A DNA stretch of 30,415 nucleotides from a virus (lineage: Duplodnaviria; Caudoviricetes), in the IMG/VR virus record IMGVR_UViG_3300033076_000518, positions 1 through 30,415 of that record; one strand, given 5' to 3'. Both the position numbers and the translations under genes were made by a program. Positions 1 to 6,923 of this stretch are shown here, piece after piece (the stretch's first letter is position 1; the number at the start of each line of letters is the position of its first letter). The notes beneath the pieces were generated by a model, which saw only the letters and a program-made list of their open reading frames with translations, was not told the DNA's origin and searched no databases.

Positions 1-57
1 GTAACCTACTGTGAATGTTTGATTTAATGACGGTGATGATGGAAAACTTATTGCCAT
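1..57 (-). CDS. Tail fibre-like protein, N-terminal fragment (runs off the window)
   Basis: Manual translation from ATG at 57 gives MAISFPSSPSLNQTFTVGY. An AGGA RBS lies just upstream. The MAxxFPxSPxxNQ start is typical of fibre/decoration proteins in T4-like aquatic phages. Confidence 0.7.
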   Translation of the reverse strand, partial: MAISFPSSPSLNQTFTVGY

Positions 58-60
58 TTA

Positions 61-1554
61 TTATCCTAAGTATGCGACCGACCAGTTATCATTACTGTCA
101 AAGTTTATTTGTCCTGCTAAAACTTTCAGGACCATCGTATCACTCACCGCAAGTCTCAATATTGTTGATACGCCTGCATGGTTCATCGAAGAATTGGCTG
201 CAAATTCAAGCATACAACCAACACTACCTCCGGCACCATTTCCTCCAGTTGCATTTTTGACTATTGCTACTTGACTTATACCACTTGTATATCCTGCGTT
301 TCTGGCAACAACGTTAACTTGATATAAACCTGCTACGGGTGCGGTGAATACTCCCGTTGTGCTGTTTAAGTAACTGCCTTGTGTGTAATCAGCGGTCCAG
401 TTGTTTGCGGTTAAAGCACCAGTGCCGTTTTGTGTGGTCGTTAAGTTGTTTGTTGTCCCGCTACCGGTTACACGGAAAGCAGGACGATTAGGTGCATAAC
501 CAGCAAGTACACCATTGATAGTATTGTTGCCTGTGATAGTTAAATCACCTGCAAATATTCCTGTTGCGTTTGCTAATGCGGTATTTGCTTTGGTGAATGC
601 TGCGTTGGCCTTAGTGAATGCTGAGTTGGCATATTGTGACGCACCTGCAGCATCAGTAGTTGCAGTATTGGCTTTCGTAAACGCAGAATTGGCATATGAA
701 CCAGCACTTACTGCCTTAGAGTCTGCTGTTGCAGCATTAGTTACACCCGTATTGGCTTGTGTGAACGCAGCGTTTGCATATGTACTTGCTGCTAGTGCAT
801 TGGTTGTTGCAGTATTTGCTTGAGTGTATGCTGAATTAGCATAAGAACCAGCAGTAACTGCCTTGCCGTCTGATATTGATGCATTAGTTACACCCGTATT
901 GGCTTGTAGAAATGCTGCGTTTGCATAAACACCTGCACTAGGATCAGTTCCACTTGAAGTGTTTGCTTTTGCATATGCGGAGTTTGCATATGAACCGGCA
1001 GTTTGTATTGCTAACAATACATCGGTGTCGGCCACAGTCAAACTGGTTGCTGCGATTGCACCAGGCATCGTGTTGCCGGCTAGACCTGTTGGACCAACTT
1101 CTGCCCAAATAGGATGTGTTGTGTTACCAAAATTTTCATACACAACACCAGTATCAATGTTTCTCCAAACAGAACTTAAACTGTTTGCTGTGGTTGGTGC
1201 AACATTCTGTACGAATGTGTATGTCTTGGAATTGGCTTCGTTGTAAACAACCGAACCATCAATTGTGATTTGTTTGGATGTTGTGTTGGTTGATAGTGTT
1301 ATACCATTGGAACTATTGAATCCCAAAACATCCGTATTGGATGTTGCAACTATTAACTGTGAGTTGACATTAATTGTCGAAAAAGTAAAACCACCCATAC
1401 CACTGGCACTAGACAACATGCCAATCGCACCTTGTGCGGTCTTATAATACAGAATACCATCGGCGTAGTTCAACGCCAGTTCGCCATGGTTTAGTGAACT
1501 GGGTGTTTGTCCTTGTACGCCTGATTTTTTAACCTGTATTATTGTATTTGCCAT
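61..1554 (-). CDS. Tail fibre protein: Mtd_N-like N-terminus, coiled-coil repeats, C1q-like C-terminal domain
   Basis: N-terminus IQVKKS..PSSLNHGELALNYADGILYYK; central ANxAF/Y heptad repeats; C-terminus PAFRV...NSTTGVFTAPVAGLYQVNV matches the C1q/TNF-like signature. Confidence 0.8.
   Translation of the reverse strand: MANTIIQVKKSGVQGQTPSSLNHGELALNYADGILYYKTAQGAIGMLSSASGMGGFTFSTINVNSQLIVATSNTDVLGFNSSNGITLSTNTTSKQITIDGSVVYNEANSKTYTFVQNVAPTTANSLSSVWRNIDTGVVYENFGNTTHPIWAEVGPTGLAGNTMPGAIAATSLTVADTDVLLAIQTAGSYANSAYAKANTSSGTDPSAGVYANAAFLQANTGVTNASISDGKAVTAGSYANSAYTQANTATTNALAASTYANAAFTQANTGVTNAATADSKAVSAGSYANSAFTKANTATTDAAGASQYANSAFTKANAAFTKANTALANATGIFAGDLTITGNNTINGVLAGYAPNRPAFRVTGSGTTNNLTTTQNGTGALTANNWTADYTQGSYLNSTTGVFTAPVAGLYQVNVVARNAGYTSGISQVAIVKNATGGNGAGGSVGCMLEFAANSSMNHAGVSTILRLAVSDTMVLKVLAGQINFDSNDNWSVAYLG
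570..1000 (-). repeat. Intragenic coiled-coil repeats (AGSYANSAxxKANT), including a 147-bp unit
   Basis: gcattagttacacccgtattggcttgt occurs at 734 and 881, 147 bp apart (49 aa, 7 heptads). Confidence 0.85.
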
Positions 1555-1558
1555 TTAC

Positions 1559-1999
1559 TCAGAAACTTCCACCATCTTTGGTTTGTTCTTCGGATGGAAC
1601 CACAGATACCTCTTTGGCTTCATCCACTTTTTTTCTTTTACTAGGAGTTAATTGCAAATATTCAATCTTTTGTTCCAACTCTTTAATTTTGGAATCATAA
1701 TCGGAACGTGTTCGTTGGTGTTCTTCACGTTCCCTAATCAATTCGTTTCTATATGTGTCAATGTGTTCAATTTGGTGTTTCACATTATCATATGTACCAC
1801 GAATCTTTTCCAATTCTTCAATTCTTTTTCTCAAAGGTTCTGCCAATCCTTCCGCTTCAGCCAGTCGTTTCTCCATTTGTAGTAAAACTTCTTCTGTAAC
1901 CTTTGCGTTTGCTTGAAGTGACACGTTCCTTATAATACAATCAGTCATTGTTGAGGTCAATAATTCAACATAATGATTCAAATAACTTTCATTACCCAT
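1559..1999 (-). CDS. Coiled-coil protein ending in DGGSF (possible fibre chaperone or adaptor)
   Basis: Charged heptad-rich sequence, AGGAG RBS, located between two fibre genes. Confidence 0.7.
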   Translation of the reverse strand: MGNESYLNHYVELLTSTMTDCIIRNVSLQANAKVTEEVLLQMEKRLAEAEGLAEPLRKRIEELEKIRGTYDNVKHQIEHIDTYRNELIREREEHQRTRSDYDSKIKELEQKIEYLQLTPSKRKKVDEAKEVSVVPSEEQTKDGGSF

Positions 2000-2035
2000 T
2001 TCAATCTCCTATCAATTAACAATTATATAGTAACG

Positions 2036-3514
2036 TTAGAATTGACCTCCATCCAATGTTGTGGACCATACTGGAACACCTGCATTGGTTGTTGTAAGAA
2101 TTTGGTTAGACCATGTTTGGTCTGCTGTGCCTGCAGCATCAGTAACTTGCATTGAACCTGTGCCATTGCCGTACATGATACCCTTAGTTGTGAAGGATGA
2201 TGCACCTGTACCGCCTTGTGATACAGTCAAACCAGAGATTGCACTATATGTTGCAGCGGTGAAACGACCGTATGCGTCAACTGTAACGGAAGTGATTGTG
2301 CTGTTTGTTGCACCAGAACCTGTTGCAGAGAATGTTGTGTTTGCAAGTGTCTTAACTGCACTTGTTCCATCACCAACCAACAATGCGCCAGATGTGAATG
2401 AAGATGCGCCAGTACCACCTTGTGTTACTGTTAGACCAGAAATGTCTTGGTATGTTGCAGCAGTAATTCTACCGTATGCATCAGCTGTCAAGGACGTTAC
2501 TGTCTTGGCTTGACCACCAGAACCTGTTACTGTGAATGATGAGTTTGCAAGTGTTGTTAGAGCACCTGTACCAGAACCAACAACGATACCGCCGTTAGTG
2601 AATGTTGCTGCGCCAGTACCACCATCTACAACAGAGATTGTGTTCGCAAGACCTGCAACATAACCACCAACCAAGTTGGCATTAATAGAAGCACGGCGGA
2701 ATGTTGCGTCATTAACGTCAACGGTTGTGTCTGGTTCTTTGTCGTAACCAGTGAACGCATAGAATGTGTTAGATGCTGCGTGTCTGAAGAAACCAGCATG
2801 ACGTTGACCAACACCATCGTAGTAGTTACCAACGAAACCAATATCTACAGCGTCAGAAGAATAGTTGTTTGCAGCCAAATAAATCAATGGGTCTGCAACG
2901 TTCATTGAGTTTACGTTGATTGTTGTGGTTTGACCAGAAACAACCAAGTTACCAGAGATTTGAATGTTACCGTTAATTGTTTGGTTACCAGAACTTCTGA
3001 TAACTGTTCCGTCAACATCAAACAATGTGGTGTTGTTTGCACCGATTACGGTACTTGTGATACCATCACCACCCTTTAATGTCAATGTGTCGGATGCAAG
3101 TGCGATACCATCTGTACCAGTATCACCAGCAATTTGCAATGTGGTGGAGATAGATGATGTGGTTACACCAGTAACAATACCGTTTGCAGCAACTGTAATT
3201 ACTGGGATAGAAGTGGTAGAACCGTAGGAACCTGCGGTAACTCCACTATTTGTTCCTAGTGAACCGTAGATTGTACTGAATGATGCAGAACCGTTGGCAC
3301 TTCTCTTAACTAGGGTGTCGTTGGTTGCGTTATTGGTTGCATTGTCAATCGTTTGGGTGTATAGTAAACCACCTACGTTGATGACACCGTTGCCAGCAGC
3401 ATTACCTAAGAATAATGTACCAGACTGGTATGAGTACGCAAATTCACCAGCGGCAAGTGTTACTGGTGTTCTAGTGGTACTGGAACGTTTGATTAAAATT
3501 GAGGTATTAGCCAT
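2036..3514 (-). CDS. Tail fibre protein with Mtd_N-like N-terminus and 68-aa internal repeats
   Basis: N-terminus ILIKRSS...LAAGEFAYSYQSGTLFLG; G/T/S-rich; GGTG...DAYGR repeats; ends LDGGQF. Confidence 0.8.
   Translation of the reverse strand: MANTSILIKRSSTTRTPVTLAAGEFAYSYQSGTLFLGNAAGNGVINVGGLLYTQTIDNATNNATNDTLVKRSANGSASFSTIYGSLGTNSGVTAGSYGSTTSIPVITVAANGIVTGVTTSSISTTLQIAGDTGTDGIALASDTLTLKGGDGITSTVIGANNTTLFDVDGTVIRSSGNQTINGNIQISGNLVVSGQTTTINVNSMNVADPLIYLAANNYSSDAVDIGFVGNYYDGVGQRHAGFFRHAASNTFYAFTGYDKEPDTTVDVNDATFRRASINANLVGGYVAGLANTISVVDGGTGAATFTNGGIVVGSGTGALTTLANSSFTVTGSGGQAKTVTSLTADAYGRITAATYQDISGLTVTQGGTGASSFTSGALLVGDGTSAVKTLANTTFSATGSGATNSTITSVTVDAYGRFTAATYSAISGLTVSQGGTGASSFTTKGIMYGNGTGSMQVTDAAGTADQTWSNQILTTTNAGVPVWSTTLDGGQF
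2150..2640 (-). repeat. About 2.5 copies of a 68-aa (204-bp) fibre repeat
   Basis: GGTGAxxFT recurs at about 2611, 2407 and 2203. Confidence 0.8.
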
Positions 3515-3547
3515 TTATTATTATCCTTGTATAAGCTACTTGTCTAT

Positions 3548-3555
3548 TATTTATT
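3548..3555 (-). promoter_or_regulatory. T4-type late promoter (AATAAATA)
   Basis: One mismatch to TATAAATA; at the gene boundary upstream of the AAGGA RBS of 2036..3514. Confidence 0.6.
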
Positions 3556-3751
3556 AAAAAGAACCACCGTCTACCAGACTTACGGAAACATTTGCAATGT
3601 ATCCTTCTCCGCCAATTGGATTGACACCATTGGTGTCGTCTCCGATGAATAGTGTTTTCGAAACGAACGAATAGGCCAACTCACCGTCACTCAATGAAGG
3701 TGGTGCCGTATTTGCATACGAACGTAGGATTTGAATGGTTGTATTTGCCAT
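3554..3751 (-). CDS. Minimal Mtd_N-like domain protein ending in DGGSF
   Basis: MANTTIQILRS...PPSLSDGELAYSFVSKTLFIG is paralogous to the N-termini of the two downstream fibres. TAATG overlap with the upstream gene. Confidence 0.75.
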   Translation of the reverse strand: MANTTIQILRSYANTAPPSLSDGELAYSFVSKTLFIGDDTNGVNPIGGEGYIANVSVSLVDGGSF

Positions 3752-3972
3752 TAAAAGGTACCTGCGTCCAATGTTGGGGCCAATGCTTCTATGGAAGTGG
3801 TCTTAAATGCATTGTTTGCACTATCATAGGTGATAACATCACCATTTTGAACACCGGTCATGGTCAAATCCGATGACCCTTTAAGTGACCTGATTCCATA
3901 GTTGACAGATTTTACGGTAGGACTTTGTGAATTTACTTGAACTCTTATGCCGCCAATTGGTGATGTAGACAT
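3751..3972 (-). CDS. Small virion/fibre adaptor protein ending in LDAGTF
   Basis: Contains LKGSSDL..TGVQNGDVITYDS..NAF, a short fibre-associated repeat unit; GGGA RBS. Confidence 0.7.
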   Translation of the reverse strand: MSTSPIGGIRVQVNSQSPTVKSVNYGIRSLKGSSDLTMTGVQNGDVITYDSANNAFKTTSIEALAPTLDAGTF

Positions 3973-3981
3973 ACTTTTCCC

Positions 3982-4323
3982 TTAAAATACGGTAACTTGC
4001 GGTAAAACGTTCACAATTCCTTCTAAAACCCTTGTTTTTGAATTGTTACCATCTTTAATGACAACATCATATACGTATCTACCAGCAGAAATGTTTGCTG
4101 TGTTTGCTGAATTTAGAGACAGTAAAATCACACCAGTTTCTGGTTCGTTAATAGTAATAGCAAATTCTGCCGTTGCATTGGCAGAATAATAAGATTTTCT
4201 AACCTGACTCTTGGCGGTTACACCAGTTAAATCGAAAGGCAGGCCATTCACATCATCTAAATTGATTGATGTGTTGAAATCGGAACCTTGTTCTAAAAAT
4301 AATTCTTGATATCCTGCTGCCAT
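3982..4323 (-). CDS. Conserved T4-like virion protein (BppU-N-like Ig fold, fibre attachment)
   Basis: LEQGSDF...DLTG.TAKSQVRKSY...GRYVYDV...TRVLEGIVNV.PQVT motif set; AGGT RBS and upstream late promoter. Confidence 0.75.
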   Translation of the reverse strand: MAAGYQELFLEQGSDFNTSINLDDVNGLPFDLTGVTAKSQVRKSYYSANATAEFAITINEPETGVILLSLNSANTANISAGRYVYDVVIKDGNNSKTRVLEGIVNVLPQVTVF

Positions 4324-4340
4324 GTTTTACCTTTTTTAGG

Positions 4341-4348
4341 TATTTAGT
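4341..4348 (-). promoter_or_regulatory. T4-type late promoter (ACTAAATA)
   Basis: Intergenic TAAATA core upstream of the RBS of 3982..4323. Confidence 0.6.
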
Positions 4349-4366
4349 TTATGTTGGTGGTCACAA

Positions 4367-4864
4367 TTAGAAAAATTCTTGTGCATTAAACATTCTTGGA
4401 ATTCTATTCGGTGTCAAATCATCGAACGGAACATATGGTGGTCTGAGTTGTTGTCCTGTTTCCATGAAGTGTTTTTTCTGAGTATCTAATAAACCTGATG
4501 GTACAGGAATCATTTCTGGGTCAATAATAGTTTCCGTTTCATCCCTTAGAGCATGAATACAACATACAGTTGTTTCGTCCTCCAAAGATTCGATTTGGTG
4601 TGCAGCATTCTTTGCAATCATAATCATTGCAGGTGCTTTATAGACAACCGGATCCAACAACTTCTTACTCTCATCATCATACAATTGGACAGATACAGAA
4701 CCTGACGCAACTAAACTTGCGTGTGAGTATGGGTGTCTGTGTCCTAATTCAATAATGCCTTTTTCTCTGAAGAACATTCGTCTAACATAGACGTTTGAGA
4801 GACAAGAAATTTGTATTTCTGGACCCTTCGGAGTGGCACCAATATTATATTCATTATGTTCCAT
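4367..4864 (-). CDS. Cupin-fold (RmlC-like) protein
   Basis: NVYVRRM.F...GHRHPYSH.SLV.SGSV and APAMI.I.K..AH.I.SLE...CCIH give a His-based cupin metal site. Confidence 0.7.
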   Translation of the reverse strand: MEHNEYNIGATPKGPEIQISCLSNVYVRRMFFREKGIIELGHRHPYSHASLVASGSVSVQLYDDESKKLLDPVVYKAPAMIMIAKNAAHQIESLEDETTVCCIHALRDETETIIDPEMIPVPSGLLDTQKKHFMETGQQLRPPYVPFDDLTPNRIPRMFNAQEFF

Positions 4865-4873
4865 ATTAAACCT

Positions 4874-5101
4874 TTATGCTGAGAAAGAACCCACTTCAAA
4901 AATTTCAAACACTCTACTTCCATAGTTCCATTTTAGGATACGTGTTGCCGTTCTATTGGCAAGGTTAGATTCACGTAGTTCTACTGCCCATGTTGGCATA
5001 GGAACAATTGATACACCATCAGATTCAGAATATACAATTTCTTCCTCTGTGCCCAATCTATGTTCTACAATAGAACCGTTAATTACTCTCGCTAAAATCA
5101 T
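4874..5101 (-). CDS. Small hypothetical protein, possible fibre assembly chaperone
   Basis: AAGGA RBS; lies directly downstream of a fibre gene. Confidence 0.55.
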   Translation of the reverse strand: MILARVINGSIVEHRLGTEEEIVYSESDGVSIVPMPTWAVELRESNLANRTATRILKWNYGSRVFEIFEVGSFSA

Positions 5102-5109
5102 ATTTTTCC

Positions 5110-5937
5110 TTAACTAAAAATTCGTATTTGATAATTGTTTGGACCATAGTTTGCTGTATGGTAAATTTGGAAGTACCAAGAGTTTCCATATGTTGGGTGG
5201 TTCCATCTACGTGGACCTGTTGTAACTTCAAAGTAACCTTGTGATGCGCCACCCCATAATACCCAATAATCAAAACCTATTGTGTACGAACCCAATGTCG
5301 ATGTTGAAGCTGGCATCCAGCAATCATCATATGCAGCACTTGCGGAAGAATTGATTGAACAAGAAAAGTTTTGTGCCCAACTACTGGTCAACAAAGTGGG
5401 TTTTGAACTAACGTTACTCCATGCAACACCACCAGCAGACGAAGCATAGTTAACACTCTTGTTTGCATCGGCTGTATTGTCTACACTACCCAAACCAACC
5501 TCAGACTTTGTGTAAGATGGTTTTGTTGACTGTTTTGCCCAAGCATACACATCAGAAGCTGGTGCCGAACCAGCAGTTGCTGCATAACTAACACTCTTGC
5601 TTGAGTCTGCTGTGTTATCTACGTTACCTAGGCCAACTTTGGATTTAGATAGTGATAACCATGATGGGTCCGAATATGAACTTGATGTGTATACACCATT
5701 TGTTACTGTTCCAGCATTACCACTAACACTTATACCATAAGTTTGACTGTTTGCAAGTTGTGTTGGAGTTAATACACCAGTAATTTGTGTGTTTGCAATA
5801 CTTGGAGTTGCATTACCAGCATACGTCAACCTACCCTGTGCATCAACTGTGAATACGGAATGTTGTGTCGAACCACCATATGTACCAGATGTAACCGCTG
5901 TATTGGCTAATGTTGAACTTGTGACTTTTGTTGTCAT
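5110..5937 (-). CDS. Short tail fibre / receptor-binding protein
   Basis: TVDAQGR module, two VGLGxVDNTAD repeats 46 aa apart, aromatic-rich C-terminal tip; ATGA/TAA overlap with the upstream gene. Confidence 0.75.
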   Translation of the reverse strand: MTTKVTSSTLANTAVTSGTYGGSTQHSVFTVDAQGRLTYAGNATPSIANTQITGVLTPTQLANSQTYGISVSGNAGTVTNGVYTSSSYSDPSWLSLSKSKVGLGNVDNTADSSKSVSYAATAGSAPASDVYAWAKQSTKPSYTKSEVGLGSVDNTADANKSVNYASSAGGVAWSNVSSKPTLLTSSWAQNFSCSINSSASAAYDDCWMPASTSTLGSYTIGFDYWVLWGGASQGYFEVTTGPRRWNHPTYGNSWYFQIYHTANYGPNNYQIRIFS

Positions 5938-6497
5938 TTAATTTTTCCTTCTAATTCTTCAACACGTTTCTTCAGTTCTTTGATAGCTGCAAATGAAATG
6001 GCACACAACTTTTCATAATCAACTGCCAAGGTTCCATCTGGTTTGGTTCTAATTGCCAATGGAAATACTGATTGTACGTCCTGAGCAATTACACCAAAGT
6101 CTTGTTTACGTACAAAGTAACCATCTTCACCGCCGTGGTCATTGATATATTCATCTGTCCAATCGAATGTTTTACCACCAACAGTATCAACAATGTCTAA
6201 AGCATCTTGAATATCTTCCACATTTTCTTTGAATTTTTTGTCTGATGTGTAGTAACCTGTAATATTATTGGTAGCACGAATTTCACCAGTTGTTGCCGTT
6301 GCAGCAGTACCAACACCAAGTGATGTTATCTGTGCGTTGCCGTTGGTTGCTGGTGTGTAACCTAAAGCAGTTGTAACCGCACTAGAATCAATACCACTAA
6401 TTGGTGTAAATCCCAATGCGCCTGTCACCATACTGGATGTTATACCAGTTGATGAAAGTGATAAGGCCACATTGGCCAAATTTCTATTGATTGTCAT
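5934..6497 (-). CDS. Short fibre-like protein with C-terminal peptidase S74 intramolecular chaperone
   Basis: SDKKFKENV, GVIAQDVQSVFP, VDYEKL and a terminal coiled coil AIKELKKRVEELE. Confidence 0.85.
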   Translation of the reverse strand: MTINRNLANVALSLSSTGITSSMVTGALGFTPISGIDSSAVTTALGYTPATNGNAQITSLGVGTAATATTGEIRATNNITGYYTSDKKFKENVEDIQDALDIVDTVGGKTFDWTDEYINDHGGEDGYFVRKQDFGVIAQDVQSVFPLAIRTKPDGTLAVDYEKLCAISFAAIKELKKRVEELEGKIK

Positions 6498-6923
6498 TTA
6501 GTTTGTCCTTTTAGTTCATCAACTTCTGCTTTAAGTTCTTTGATTGCTTCAATCAATAGTGGTATAATTCTTTCATAGTGAACTGTTAAATACTTGTCAT
6601 CAATTGGTGCAGGTACAACAACTTCCGGCAAAACTGCTTGAACTTCTTGTGCCGATACACCAACTTCTTTTTTGACGGTGTAACCTAATGCTTGTGCAGT
6701 TTCGTTGGCTTCATAGTAGAAACCATTTAGTGTCATTACTTTGTCCAAGGCACCTTCAATATTACCAATACGAGTTTTTAGGTTGTCGTCTGAGTAGTAT
6801 GCGGTGATGTTGTTTGTTGCACGAATTTCACCAGTTGTTCCTGACGCAGCAGTACCAACACCAAGTGAGGTTATTTGAGCACTTGCGTTTGTTGCAGGTG
6901 TATAACCTAAAGCAGTTGTTACC
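6274..6923. repeat. Imperfect direct repeat of about 105 bp (6274-6378 and 6819-6923)
   Basis: gcacgaatttcaccagttgtt...gcagcagtaccaacaccaagtga...taacctaaagcagttgt is present in both copies, 545 bp apart; it encodes VTTALGYTPATN.AQITSLGVGTAA..TTGEIRATNNIT. Confidence 0.9.
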
